64,000 nt of DNA from an uncultured Candidatus Saccharibacteria bacterium (GCA_964474825.1 CAYYWQ010000001.1:1130184-1194183), one strand, 5' to 3'. Shown: positions 9,286 through 20,661, counted from the stretch's first letter. A program made the numbers and translations. The notes: generated from the sequence alone by a model not told the origin.

Positions 9286-9852
9286 ATGTTTAAGAGACTG
9301 TTTGCGAAGTCGCGCATTCGGAAACTCGACCTGTCTGTGGTTTGCCGCAAGCTGGTTGAAAAGGGATGGACAGAAGAGCGAGCAAAGGCAGCGGAAGCCG
9401 AGTACAAGAAGTTTTTGTACCTCGTGGCTACCGACCGCCTAACCTCCGTGGTACCGTGGCACGACGATGTGGACGAAGTCTGGCATATGCATATGCTGGA
9501 CAGCAGAAAGTACGTGGAAGATTGTGACCACATTTTTGGTTACTATCTCCATCACAACCCACATTTGAATGTTGGCACGGCAAAGCAACGCAAAGCGTTC
9601 GCTGAGACCAAGCGAGAGTATTGGCGAAATGAACGAGATGGCTCGTTTAATAGCCTGTACGACGACGGTGGTTTTACCGGCCTAGGCCATGGTTTGTCCC
9701 CGCCATGGGACCCTCCCCATTCTTCTGGTCACGACTGTGGTGGCCATTCGGATGGTGGTCATTCCGACAGCGGATCCAGTTGTGGTAGTAGTTGCGGATC
9801 TTCGTGCGGAAGTAGTTGTGGCTCGGGATGCGGCAGTGGTTGCAGTTCGTAA
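9286..9852 (+). CDS. DUF1399-like ('glycine-rich domain-containing protein'-like) protein with C-terminal His/Cys-rich (SSCG)n tail
   Basis: Strong SD (AAGGAGGA). The motifs 'EYKKFL', 'VPWHDDVDEVWHMHMLDSRKY', 'CDHIFGYYLHHNP' resemble the DUF1399 family (identified from memory, not searched). The tail is 'GHDCGGHSDGGHSDSGSSCGSSCGSSCGSSCGSGCGSGCSS'. GC-rich. Confidence 0.5.
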   Translation: MFKRLFAKSRIRKLDLSVVCRKLVEKGWTEERAKAAEAEYKKFLYLVATDRLTSVVPWHDDVDEVWHMHMLDSRKYVEDCDHIFGYYLHHNPHLNVGTAKQRKAFAETKREYWRNERDGSFNSLYDDGGFTGLGHGLSPPWDPPHSSGHDCGGHSDGGHSDSGSSCGSSCGSSCGSSCGSGCGSGCSS

Positions 9853-9890
9853 GCAGTATGCGGAATTGTATTTTCCGCAACAGTGGTATT

Positions 9891-9928
9891 CCACTTCTTC
9901 GTTGAAAGAAGTGGGTTTTTGCTTTTTT
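9891..9928 (+). terminator. Rho-independent terminator
   Basis: ccacttc-ttcgttgaaa-gaagtgg hairpin followed by gtttttgctttttt. Confidence 0.55.
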
Positions 9929-10034
9929 ATGAGCCTTATTTATAACTAGTATTTCTATTTTCGTGGTTCTCGTACCCTAGGCTCTTGCCACTTCTTGACA
10001 TAGGTGGTAGAATTGTTACTATGTTTGTCTAAAA

Positions 10035-10140
10035 TTTCTACTAAATACGAAAGTAACTAAAAATACTAAATCTATTAATTTAGCACAGTGTATATTACTT
10101 GGTTTCGTACTTTTAGTTTAATTTAGTATTTAGTAGAGGA
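10035..10140. promoter_or_regulatory. Long imperfect inverted repeat in the uvrA promoter region (candidate operator)
   Basis: 'CTACTAAATACGAAAGTA' (about 10037-10054) is mirrored by 'TTTCGTAC…TAGTATTTAGTAG' (about 10103-10136), immediately upstream of the uvrA SD/ATG. Confidence 0.35.
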
Positions 10141-10146
10141 GCTTTT

Positions 10147-13005
10147 ATGAATGACAAGATCTCTATAAGAGGCGCGCGTCAGCACAATTTAAAGAATATA
10201 GACGTAGATTTGCCGCGCAATAAATTGGTAGTTTTAACAGGCTTGTCCGGGAGCGGCAAGTCTTCTTTGGCGTTCGACACAATTTACGCAGAAGGCCAGC
10301 GCCGCTATGTTGAAAGTCTTTCTGCATACGCGAGGCAGTTTATTGGGTTAATGGATAAACCCGATGTAGATAAAATAGAGGGTTTAAGTCCCGCGATCTC
10401 AATTGATCAAAAATCTGCCTCCCATAACCCGCGTTCTACTGTTGGAACAGTTACGGAAATTTACGATTACCTCCGTTTGCTTTACGCGCGCATTGGCATA
10501 CCGCATTGTCCAGTTTGCGGTAAAAAAATTGCCGGCCAAACTTCCCAGGCCATGGTGGAACAGCTCCTTTCTTTGAAAAAAGACAGCCGCTTAATTTTGT
10601 TGGCGCCGTTTATTAAAGACCAAAAAGGCGAGCATCGAGTAATTTTTGAACAAATTAAAAAAGCCGGGTTTGCCCGCGTGCGCGTAGACGGCGTTTTAAT
10701 GGATTTAAACGAAGCCCAGAATTTAAATTTGGACAAACAGAAAAAGCATACTATAGACGTGGTGGTTGACCGCTTAACAGTATCTGCCGAAGACAAATCC
10801 CGCATTGCTGAAAGTTTAGAAAAGGCTTTGGATTTGGGCGACGGACTTGCAACTGCGTTTCAAATAACTGTGGACGGTAAAACCGAAAAACACGGACCCG
10901 ACATTTTGCTTTCCCAAAAATTCGCCTGTCCGGACGGACATATGTCGCTTTCGGAATTGGACCCGCGCGACTTTAGTTTTAACAGCCCGCACGGCGCTTG
11001 TCCTGAATGTAAAGGTTTGGGCACCAAGCTTACTGTGGAAGCGGATTTGGTAATGCCTAACCAAAAGTTAACTTTGGCTGAAGGCGCCATTCGCCCGTGG
11101 AGCAAGACCACGTCACGCCTTTCTTGGTATAGCAGAATTTTAGAAGCTGTGGCTAAGGAATATGGTTTTTCCGTGCACACGCCCATTAAAGATTTACCCA
11201 AGAAATTTTTGGAAATAATTTTACACGGCACAGGAGACAAAAAAGTCCGCGTGCGTGGGGAGTTTGCCAGCCGCGAAGGCGAGTTTGAAATGAACACGGC
11301 TTTTGAAGGCGTAATAGAAAACTTACAACGTCGCTATCGTGAGACGGACAGCGAATACATGCGCAGCGAAATAGAAAACTATATGCGCGTGCGCCAGTGT
11401 CCAACCTGTAAGGGTCAGCGTTTAAAACCCGAAGTTTTGGCTGTGACCGTGGGTAGTAAGGGGATTGTAGAGGTCGTAAACATGACCATAGACACTGCCG
11501 AAGAGTTTTTTAAAAATTTAAACAAAGAACTTTCCCAAAAAGATCAGGCTATTGCCAAGCAAATTTTAAAAGAAATTAATGCCCGCCTGTTGTTTTTGTT
11601 AAATGTAGGACTGGCCTATCTTTCCCTTGACCGTACCGCCGACACTCTTTCTGGCGGGGAAGCCCAGCGTATTCGTTTGGCCACACAAATTGGCAGCGGC
11701 CTTACCGGGGTCCTCTATATATTAGACGAACCTTCCATTGGGCTGCATCAGCGCGACAATCGTCGTTTATTACAGACCCTAAAAGATCTGAGGGATTTGG
11801 GCAATACCGTTATTATAGTAGAGCACGACGAAGAAACCATTCGCGAAGCAGACTGGGTTGTAGACATTGGCCCGGGTGCGGGCAAGCATGGTGGGGAATT
11901 GGTGGCAGAAGGCACGCCGGCCCAGGTGCAAAAAAATCCTAAAAGCATAACCGGACAGTATTTGTCCGGCAAGGAATTTATAGAAGTCCCCAAAAGGCGC
12001 CGCGCAGGCAACGGGCGCAAGCTTTCTATTGTGGGCGCTGAGGAATTTAATTTAAAGGACGTAAATGTAGACATTCCGTTGGCTAAATTTGTTTGCGTAA
12101 CCGGCGTGTCCGGCAGCGGCAAATCCACTTTAATGAACGACATTCTAGCCCGTGCTTTGTATAAATATTTTTATAACAGCAAAGACGAGCCGGGTAAACA
12201 TAAGAAAATTTTGGGACTTGAACATTTGGACAAAATTATAAACATAGACCAAAGCCCAATTGGCCGCACTCCGCGCAGTAACCCTGCCACATATACCGGT
12301 TTGTTTACTCCTATTCGCGACCTGTACGCAGACACCAAAGAATCCCGTATGCGTGGTTACAAAGCCGGCCGCTTTAGTTTTAATGTTAAGGGCGGTCGCT
12401 GTGAAAAGTGTTTGGGCGACGGTGTCTTACGAGTAGAAATGAATTTTTTGCCAGACGTCTATATTACTTGCGAGGAATGCCATGGTAAACGCTATAACCA
12501 ACAGGCTTTGGAAATTCACTACAAAGACAAAACAATTGCAGACGTATTAGAAATGACAGTAGACGAAGCAAAAATATTTTTTGCCAACTTGCCAATGTTG
12601 CACCGAAAATTGCAAACTCTGTCAGAGGTCGGGCTTGGTTATATGCGTCTAGGCCAAAACGCCACCACAGTTTCCGGCGGTGAAGCCCAGCGTATTAAAT
12701 TAGCCACCGAACTTTCCCGCGCTTCCACAGGCCGTACACTCTATCTTTTGGACGAGCCAACCACTGGTCTTCACTTTGCGGACATTAAACGCTTGGTTCA
12801 CGTGTTAAATAAATTAGTGGAAAAAGGAAACACTGTAGTTGTAATTGAGCATAACTTGGACATGATCAAGACAGCGGACTGGATAATAGACCTAGGCCCC
12901 GAAGGCGGCAACAAGGGCGGTCAGTTAGTCGCAGCCGGCACACCGGAAGACATTGCCAAGGTTAAGACGTCTTATACCGGACAATATCTTAAAAAGATTT
13001 TGTAA
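10147..13005 (+). CDS. uvrA: Excinuclease ABC subunit A (UvrA)
   Basis: Two ABC ATPase modules (Walker A 'GLSGSGKSS' and 'GVSGSGKST', signatures 'LSGGEAQRI' x2), zinc-finger CxxC pairs. 952 aa. Confidence 0.95.
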   Translation: MNDKISIRGARQHNLKNIDVDLPRNKLVVLTGLSGSGKSSLAFDTIYAEGQRRYVESLSAYARQFIGLMDKPDVDKIEGLSPAISIDQKSASHNPRSTVGTVTEIYDYLRLLYARIGIPHCPVCGKKIAGQTSQAMVEQLLSLKKDSRLILLAPFIKDQKGEHRVIFEQIKKAGFARVRVDGVLMDLNEAQNLNLDKQKKHTIDVVVDRLTVSAEDKSRIAESLEKALDLGDGLATAFQITVDGKTEKHGPDILLSQKFACPDGHMSLSELDPRDFSFNSPHGACPECKGLGTKLTVEADLVMPNQKLTLAEGAIRPWSKTTSRLSWYSRILEAVAKEYGFSVHTPIKDLPKKFLEIILHGTGDKKVRVRGEFASREGEFEMNTAFEGVIENLQRRYRETDSEYMRSEIENYMRVRQCPTCKGQRLKPEVLAVTVGSKGIVEVVNMTIDTAEEFFKNLNKELSQKDQAIAKQILKEINARLLFLLNVGLAYLSLDRTADTLSGGEAQRIRLATQIGSGLTGVLYILDEPSIGLHQRDNRRLLQTLKDLRDLGNTVIIVEHDEETIREADWVVDIGPGAGKHGGELVAEGTPAQVQKNPKSITGQYLSGKEFIEVPKRRRAGNGRKLSIVGAEEFNLKDVNVDIPLAKFVCVTGVSGSGKSTLMNDILARALYKYFYNSKDEPGKHKKILGLEHLDKIINIDQSPIGRTPRSNPATYTGLFTPIRDLYADTKESRMRGYKAGRFSFNVKGGRCEKCLGDGVLRVEMNFLPDVYITCEECHGKRYNQQALEIHYKDKTIADVLEMTVDEAKIFFANLPMLHRKLQTLSEVGLGYMRLGQNATTVSGGEAQRIKLATELSRASTGRTLYLLDEPTTGLHFADIKRLVHVLNKLVEKGNTVVVIEHNLDMIKTADWIIDLGPEGGNKGGQLVAAGTPEDIAKVKTSYTGQYLKKIL

Positions 13006-13122
13006 GGCAGCCTGCCCCGTACCTAAGTCTACGAGTGATGCGGGGTATTTGAAGAAGGCCCTATAAGATAGTAACAACTTTTTCCTTATAGCGTTGTATT
13101 TAGTACGGGAGGAATAAATCCA

Positions 13123-13230
13123 TGAAGACTCACGAATACAACATTAAAATTTTTTCTGCGCAAGATACTAGGGAAAATTTAAAAAAAGAGCTTGAGCGTC
13201 GCAGTCAAGCAATAAATTATCCTTGGTAGA
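13123..13230 (+). CDS. Possible 35-aa ORF (MKTHEYNIKIFSAQDTRENLKKELERRSQAINYPW)
   Basis: SD-like GGGAGGAATAAATCC before ATG. A strong terminator follows directly. Not in the ORF track (shorter than 60 aa). Speculative. Confidence 0.15.
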
Positions 13231-13233
13231 TTA

Positions 13234-13268
13234 AAAGGCCCACTTAAGTGGGCCTTTTACCTTTTTTG
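13234..13268 (+). terminator. Rho-independent terminator
   Basis: aaaggcccac-ttaa-gtgggccttt hairpin plus T-run. Confidence 0.55.
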
Positions 13269-13291
13269 CTTAAGATAAGGCTCCTATTTTG

Positions 13292-13315
13292 ATCCCGCCA
13301 CGGCGGGATTTTTTA
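13292..13315 (+). terminator. Second hairpin terminator
   Basis: atcccgcc-ac-ggcgggat followed by ttttt. Confidence 0.45.
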
Positions 13316-13426
13316 GTGTTATGTGTTTCCAACACTTCTTCATGAGAACAATAAATATAAATATAAAATGCTGTTAAATATTGACAACAATCGTATTGGG
13401 ATTATTTTTAATAAAATAATCCAAAG

Positions 13427-14671
13427 TTGGGCAAAAGCCACACGATGACAGCTCAATTAAAAGAAAAAATCCAAACTGAAATAGGTAAGGCCGATAACCT
13501 TTCTATTATTAGTTTGGTTAATGACTTAGTAATTTATGCCCATAGCCTGCGGGCTTCAGATATTCATATGGACCCAACGGAAAAGTTTTTTAGAATCCGT
13601 ATGCGGGTAGACGGCGTTTTGCACGAGTCTTTTTTATTTCCAAAAAATATTTATTCGGAAATTATTTCCAGAATTAAAATTCTGTCCGGCCTGCGCATAG
13701 ACGAACACCAGGCCGCTCAAGACGGCAGGTTTAGGCTGCCTTTAGAAGAGGGGAAAGCCATAGACGTACGCGTTTCCGTAGTGCCAACTTTTTTTGGTGA
13801 GAACGCTGTATTGCGTCTGCTTTCTGACAAAGAAGAAAATTATACATTGGAGGCTTTAGGTTTTAGTAAAGCGAATGCTGAAAAAATTATGCATGCTGTG
13901 AAAAGGCCCTTTGGCATGATTCTCGCAACCGGTCCCACAGGCTCTGGCAAAACCACAACAATGTATACAATTTTAAAAATGCTTAACCGGCCGGAAATAT
14001 CGATTATTACAATTGAAGACCCAATTGAATACGCTGTAGCCGGCATTGAACAAATTCAGGTTAACTCTAGAAGCGGCTTAACTTTTGCCCAAGGCCTGCG
14101 CAGTATTTTGCGGCAAGACCCAAACGTAATTATGGTTGGTGAAATTCGTGACAGTGAAACTGCTGGTATTGCCGTAAATGTTTCTTTAACCGGTCATTTA
14201 TTACTTTCTACTTTGCACACCAATGACCCGGCTACAACTTTGCCAAGGCTGCTAGATATGGGAGTGGAATCTTATTTAGTTGCCTCTACTGTTAACCTCG
14301 CAATTGGCCAGCGCTTGGTGCGGCGGATTTGTGAGAAATGCCGAACTGTTAAAACACTTACAACTACAGCAGTAGAAAGTTTAGCAGGTGTGGTGCCGGC
14401 TGAAAGTTTAAAACAAGACGCGAGTTTTTATGTCGGCACTGGGTGCGAAAATTGCGGAGGCAGCGGCTACAAAGGCCGCGTTGGTGTGCATGAAGTTATG
14501 GTAATTAACGAACCACTACGCGAGGCAATTCTGCAAAAAGCCCCGGCTTCCCGACTACGTTCCATTGCCCTAGGGCAGGGAATGGTTTCTATGGCAGAAG
14601 ACGGTTTGTTTAAGGCAGGGAGTGGACTTACAACTATAGAAGAGATAGTAAGGGTAATAACAGAAGCATGA
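13427..14671 (+). CDS. Type II/IV secretion-system ATPase (PilB/GspE family) lacking the N-terminal T2SSE_N domain
   Basis: Walker A 'GPTGSGKTT'. Asp and His boxes are present. A tetracysteine motif (CEKC…CENC) is typical of PilB/GspE and absent from PilT. Only 414 aa. Stop overlaps the next start (ATGA). Confidence 0.85.
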   Translation: MGKSHTMTAQLKEKIQTEIGKADNLSIISLVNDLVIYAHSLRASDIHMDPTEKFFRIRMRVDGVLHESFLFPKNIYSEIISRIKILSGLRIDEHQAAQDGRFRLPLEEGKAIDVRVSVVPTFFGENAVLRLLSDKEENYTLEALGFSKANAEKIMHAVKRPFGMILATGPTGSGKTTTMYTILKMLNRPEISIITIEDPIEYAVAGIEQIQVNSRSGLTFAQGLRSILRQDPNVIMVGEIRDSETAGIAVNVSLTGHLLLSTLHTNDPATTLPRLLDMGVESYLVASTVNLAIGQRLVRRICEKCRTVKTLTTTAVESLAGVVPAESLKQDASFYVGTGCENCGGSGYKGRVGVHEVMVINEPLREAILQKAPASRLRSIALGQGMVSMAEDGLFKAGSGLTTIEEIVRVITEA

Positions 14672-15726
14672 AATTATTTGCTTACAAACTTTCCACCAAA
14701 GAACAAACGTTATTTGCCAAGCGCTTAGCTTATTTAATGCGCGCCGGAGTTCCTATATTAGACAGTTTAAATTTACTTAAGGAACAAATTCAGGCTAAGG
14801 CCGGCAAGGAGCTTTTGAGAAAAATTGTGGCCGACGTTGCCAACGGCCAGTATTTGTCTACGGCACTTTCTAAGTTTAAGAATTCTTTTTCCGGATTTTT
14901 TATAAACATAATCCGCATTGGGGAGAGTAGCGGAATTTTAAGCGACAACTTGGAATATTTGGCTGAGGAGCTTAAGAAAAAAGATTTACTGCGCAGGAAA
15001 ATTTTAAGCGCCATGTTTTACCCCGTGTTTATTGTTGTGGCAACTCTAGGGTTAGTTACACTTTTAACCGTAATAGTTTTTCCAAAAGTTTTGCCAATTT
15101 TTACGAGTATTAACGTGCCTTTGCCGCTTTCTACCAGAATTTTAATTGTGGTAAGCAAAATTTTTATTAATTACGGTTGGTTGCTTTTGCTGAGCCTTGT
15201 AATTTTTATTATCACTTTTGTTATTTTGCTCCGAAGGCCCAGCTATAAATTTGCATTCCAAGTTTTTTTATTAAAACTTCCTTTAGCCGGCAGTATTGCA
15301 AAAAGCTACCAGCTGTCTAATTTTTGCAGAACCCTGGGACTACTGCTAAAAGGGGACAGCAGGCTTCAGGAAGCTGTGGCCATTACAGCCACGACTATGG
15401 AAAATTTGGTTTACCGGAGACAGTTGGAACTTTTAGCTGTTTCGGTTAGCCGCGGAGAAAAAATTTCTACAATGCTTTCTGGCAAAAAAGATTTATTCCC
15501 GGACCTTGTAACGCACATGGTTGCCGTGGGGGAGACTACTGGCAATTTAAGCGACACCTTTTTGTACCTTGCCCAAATTTACGAAGAAGACTTGGACGAC
15601 ATAACTAAAAACTTGTCTAGCCTGCTCGAGCCCGTACTTATGATTTTTATGGGACTAATGGTTGGCTTTGTGGCTATTTCCATAATTACTCCTATTTATT
15701 CTATTACTCAAAAACTACACCCTTAA
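14668..15726 (+). CDS. pilC: Type IV pilus/T2SS platform protein PilC/GspF family
   Basis: Two T2SSF-like repeats and three TM segments. 352 aa. Translationally coupled to the upstream ATPase. Confidence 0.8.
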   Translation: MKLFAYKLSTKEQTLFAKRLAYLMRAGVPILDSLNLLKEQIQAKAGKELLRKIVADVANGQYLSTALSKFKNSFSGFFINIIRIGESSGILSDNLEYLAEELKKKDLLRRKILSAMFYPVFIVVATLGLVTLLTVIVFPKVLPIFTSINVPLPLSTRILIVVSKIFINYGWLLLLSLVIFIITFVILLRRPSYKFAFQVFLLKLPLAGSIAKSYQLSNFCRTLGLLLKGDSRLQEAVAITATTMENLVYRRQLELLAVSVSRGEKISTMLSGKKDLFPDLVTHMVAVGETTGNLSDTFLYLAQIYEEDLDDITKNLSSLLEPVLMIFMGLMVGFVAISIITPIYSITQKLHP

Positions 15727-15727
15727 T

Positions 15728-16162
15728 ATGAAATCAGCCGGCTTTACTATAATAGAACTTTTAGTAGTTATGGGAATTTTAGGAATGTTGGCTTCCCTGG
15801 GGCTTTTGGTCTCCTTAGATTTTTACCGGTCTTACGCTTTTAATTCTGAACGAGACACAGTTATAGTGCTGTTGCAAAAAGCCCGTAGCCAAAGCTTGGC
15901 AAATATAAATCAGCTGCCTCATGGCGTGCATTTTGAACCATCTGGGTACACCTTATTTCAAGGTGCTGTTTATAAAGCCGGGGATGTTACTAATACAGTT
16001 TTTCCCGCAGACTCACACATTGCTAATACTGGAATTACAAATATTATTTTTGAGCAGCTCTCGGGTAATATCATCAGCGGTGTTGGAACTTTAACGCTGG
16101 ATGATAATTCCCACCGCCAAACACAAATTAGCATTAACTCTTTGGGCAGGGTGGAGTGGTAA
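15728..16162 (+). CDS. Prepilin-type N-terminal cleavage/methylation domain protein (minor pilin/pseudopilin)
   Basis: 'GFTIIELLVVMGILGMLAS' class III signal. Confidence 0.7.
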   Translation: MKSAGFTIIELLVVMGILGMLASLGLLVSLDFYRSYAFNSERDTVIVLLQKARSQSLANINQLPHGVHFEPSGYTLFQGAVYKAGDVTNTVFPADSHIANTGITNIIFEQLSGNIISGVGTLTLDDNSHRQTQISINSLGRVEW

Positions 16163-16166
16163 TTTT

Positions 16167-16631
16167 ATGAGTAAAGGTTTTACTCTTTTAGAAACTTTAA
16201 TATATATTTTATTTTTTACTTTGCTAATTGGCGTTTTGCTGGGAATAACTTTCCAAGTTATTGCTTCCACAGACCAGGTAAATAAAAAAAGTATTGTTCA
16301 GCAAGAAGCGAATTTTGTTTTGCGTAAATTAAATTGGGTTTTAAGCGGGGCAGATAGTGTGACTAGTCCATCTCTTGCTGATGGAAGCGGTTCGGTTTTA
16401 ACAGTTGTAAACTCAGGCGCAGGCGTAACAGCGGCCACTTTTGATTTAAACGCCGGAGTTATAAGACTTGAGTTGCCACCAAACCCTCCCATGCCTTTAA
16501 CTACATCAAATATTACTGTTGCGAATTTAAATTTTACTCATTCACAAATTGTGGGACAACCGGAAAAAATTACAGCTTCTTTTCAAATAGGAGCAGAGCA
16601 GTTTAGTCTAACTAAATATTTGTATGACTAA
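16167..16631 (+). CDS. Prepilin-type protein (minor pilin). The start was moved to the ATG preceded by GGAGTGG rather than the ORF-track start at 16101
   Basis: 'MSKGFTLLETLIYILFFTLLIGVLLG' prepilin-like N-terminus. The upstream extension would overlap the previous gene. Confidence 0.6.
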   Translation: MSKGFTLLETLIYILFFTLLIGVLLGITFQVIASTDQVNKKSIVQQEANFVLRKLNWVLSGADSVTSPSLADGSGSVLTVVNSGAGVTAATFDLNAGVIRLELPPNPPMPLTTSNITVANLNFTHSQIVGQPEKITASFQIGAEQFSLTKYLYD

Positions 16632-17028
16632 ATATCAGGCCGGCTATATTGCTTTAAGTTCTGTAATTATTATCTCCCTTTTACTTGTTACCATTACCGC
16701 AGCTTTGAGCTTGGTGAGTTATTATAGCCGCTTTAACATTTTGGAAAGCGAGTACAAACAGCGGTCAGTGGCTTTAGCACAAAGCTGTGTAGATTACGCT
16801 TTTAGTCAGCTTGTTGTTAACCCAAATTATTCCGGAAATGAATGTTTAAATTTTAGTTCAAATAACTGCAAGGTCGTCAGCGTTACTGCTGGCAGTTATC
16901 CTAAAACTATTCAGTCGCAGGCACAATATGAAAAAAGTTATACCAATCTTTCCATTGTTACAAACAGTAGTTTCCAAATTCAGTCCTGGCAGGAATTGCC
17001 GCAAATTATTACGGCCGCCTGCCCTTAA
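16624..17028 (+). CDS. Hypothetical pilus-associated membrane protein (PilX-like minor component?)
   Basis: N-terminal hydrophobic helix without the canonical G-F-T-L-I-E motif. Embedded in the pilin operon. Confidence 0.4.
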   Translation: MTKYQAGYIALSSVIIISLLLVTITAALSLVSYYSRFNILESEYKQRSVALAQSCVDYAFSQLVVNPNYSGNECLNFSSNNCKVVSVTAGSYPKTIQSQAQYEKSYTNLSIVTNSSFQIQSWQELPQIITAACP

Positions 17029-17045
17029 ATTATTAATCATCAAAC

Positions 17046-17546
17046 ATGAAAAAATTTAAAAAGCAAAAAGGATTCACGTTAATTGAAATCCTTGTAGTCA
17101 TTGGCATTATTGCCATTTTGGCAGTTATTGTTTTAATAGCTATTAACCCGGCAAAACAATTTGCGCAGGCAAGAAATACCCAAAGAACCGCCAATGTGAA
17201 TACTATATTAAACGCAGTTGGCCAAAGGCTGGCCGACAACAAAGGCGTTTTTTCCGGCACCTTTACCCTAAACGCTACCAACTATACTTGCGGTACATTG
17301 CCAACTGCGGCCGCAAACATTACTACAGGCCAGCCCGCAACACCAGCTACTGTGAGCCCGGCACTTGGTTGTTTGGTGCCAACATATTTAGCATCTTTGC
17401 CGCTAGACCCAACAGCGGCTGGCGGGGCTGCTGACACTCTATACCAAATTTCCGTAGACGCAATCCAAAGAGTTACTGTTTGCGCCCCCTTAGCAGCAAA
17501 CGAAACCAGCATTCCTGGAGCTGCCGCGATTTGTGTAACACGCTAA
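17046..17546 (+). CDS. Type IV pilin (major pilin candidate)
   Basis: 'KQKGFTLIEILVVIGIIAILAVIVLIAINP' class III leader with cleavage after Gly. Thr/Ala/Pro-rich C-terminus ending in a Cys pair region. A strong terminator follows. Confidence 0.75.
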   Translation: MKKFKKQKGFTLIEILVVIGIIAILAVIVLIAINPAKQFAQARNTQRTANVNTILNAVGQRLADNKGVFSGTFTLNATNYTCGTLPTAAANITTGQPATPATVSPALGCLVPTYLASLPLDPTAAGGAADTLYQISVDAIQRVTVCAPLAANETSIPGAAAICVTR

Positions 17547-17559
17547 TTTTTTATTTAAA

Positions 17560-17590
17560 AACCTCCTGCAAAGGTGGGAGGTTTTTAAAT
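17560..17590 (+). terminator. Rho-independent terminator after pilin gene
   Basis: acctcc-tgcaaaggtg-ggaggt followed by ttttaaatt. Confidence 0.55.
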
Positions 17591-17667
17591 TGAGCCTATT
17601 GCAAAATTTACTTCAATCTGTTATAAACTCATATAAGTTATGTTCGTGAAAATGGAGGATTAGCAGT

Positions 17668-18309
17668 ATGCAAGAGTTGTATGTTGCAACGCTTGGAGCC
17701 GTCTGGTTCGCGCACCGTGCGGGAAACCAGGTTGTTCTCGATAAGGTTACCGGAAAGGAGCGGAGTTTCGTTGGGGGTTGCCTTGGGCTAACCGACGACT
17801 TCGGAGCCGTAGTTTATCAAGACGCCATTCCCCGCGAGCTTCCGGAGAAAGTGTTCCGTCCGGACGAGCCAGGTTTTGGCGCAACCTGGAAAGGTAACAC
17901 AACGCCAATCGTCGGGTTGTTCTCGTCATTTCAGACGGCATCATCGTATGTTGATTCCAAAGCGTGGAATCTCAGCGTCCCGATGCCGGAAACCGAGACG
18001 ATCATCCAGGTGCTAACCGACCGGCACGAATGGGTGATCTTTGGCCACTCTGCGGCCAAAAGACTTTTCAAACCAGGAGTCATGATTCAGCGCGTTGGTC
18101 AGGTTAAGGATGTTGAGCCTGATCTGCCGAAAGTCGAAGTGAATAGTTCCGGTTGGACTGTGTGCCCCGATTGCAGTAAGTATCAATACTGGGGCGGCGT
18201 GGGAACCAAGAAAAACTGTGAAAGATGCGGCGTCCGGTATCAGGTCGCCCCGGCTACGGCCCCGTCGCGGTCTGGATCTATCGCAGCTTGGAGTCGCTCC
18301 AACTTTTGA
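17668..18309 (+). CDS. Hypothetical 213-aa protein with C-terminal zinc-ribbon (CPDC…CERC), GC-rich
   Basis: SD GGAGGA before ATG. Codon usage is GC3-rich, unlike neighbouring genes. C-terminal 'WTVCPDCSKYQYWGGVGTKKNCERCGVRY'. No recognisable family. Confidence 0.45.
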   Translation: MQELYVATLGAVWFAHRAGNQVVLDKVTGKERSFVGGCLGLTDDFGAVVYQDAIPRELPEKVFRPDEPGFGATWKGNTTPIVGLFSSFQTASSYVDSKAWNLSVPMPETETIIQVLTDRHEWVIFGHSAAKRLFKPGVMIQRVGQVKDVEPDLPKVEVNSSGWTVCPDCSKYQYWGGVGTKKNCERCGVRYQVAPATAPSRSGSIAAWSRSNF

Positions 18310-18765
18310 AAACGTTTTACTCAGCCGGCCAAGGAGGTCTGGCGAAAAAGATGCAGAAACAACATCAACATGGAGCCGGCGATCACCCCACCGCCGGCTT
18401 CCACATTCAATTAACTTTCATGCTTGACACTATATTTTAAAAGGTTTATAATAGCTAAGGATTTAAGAGTATTAAATCTTCCGCCGTCGCTTAAAGCTAT
18501 GGCGAGACACAAGTAACACTTAAAAACGGCATAAACCACAGGTTCAATTTTGCTCTAGTGTAAGCCAAGTTTGGCTGATTGCTAGGGACCCCACAAGTCG
18601 GGGGATTAGAACACTATTCCTGAAATTTGGAATGTGTTTTTTGTTCGCTAAATTTGACCTCCTTCTCCACTTATTTTCCCCAGGTAATACACATCGTGAT
18701 CGCAGCAAAGCATCTTAAAGTAAGAGACTTTGCTCCGCTCAAGATACGAAAAGCGGAGAGTTCTT

Positions 18766-18791
18766 TAACAGCTGAATAGTGATTAGAAAAC
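18766..18791 (+). promoter_or_regulatory. 16S rRNA leader half of the leader/trailer processing stem (RNase III-type)
   Basis: Leader 'TTAACAGCTGAATAGTGATTAGAAAA' is complementary over 15 contiguous nt, extendable to about 27 nt with mismatches, to trailer 20629-20657 'TTTCTAATCACTATTTAGCCGTTAA'. Confidence 0.55.
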
Positions 18792-19043
18792 ATTAGTTAC
18801 CGCCCGGTAACTAGTGTGTACAAAACCATCGTGTCTTGATTGATTTAAACCCAATCGAGATGCAATGTTTGCGTCAATTCAATTTGAGTTCAATGATATT
18901 CTGTGAATAACAGAAAAATGTTTTGATAATTTACATTTTACAAAAATAAATTATCGCCAAGGTTTGTCTTTTAGACAGATCGAACCACTGGATTTAATTC
19001 TCCGAAATTTAATTTGGATTACGGGTTAAGTTTAGTTTTAATA

Positions 19044-20503
<1,460 letters not shown>

Positions 20504-20628
20504 AAGGAATAAAATATATGGCCTGGTAGAATTTCGATTTTACCTGTTGTCATACATTCCATAGGTCGTCGTTAATTTTTTCGAAAATTAGCGCTACTCT
20601 ATTACGAAGAGACGCAAACGGTTCTGTA

Positions 20629-20657
20629 CTTTCTAATCACTATTTAGCCGTTAAAGG
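20629..20657 (+). promoter_or_regulatory. 16S rRNA trailer half of the processing stem
   Basis: Complementary to leader 18766-18791 (see above). Confidence 0.55.
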
Positions 20658-20661
20658 TTAA

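Noticed and set aside
16101-16166. Upstream extension of the second prepilin ORF (start 16101)
   Set aside because: It would overlap the previous gene by 60 nt. The ATG at 16167 is preceded by an SD and gives the canonical prepilin leader length.
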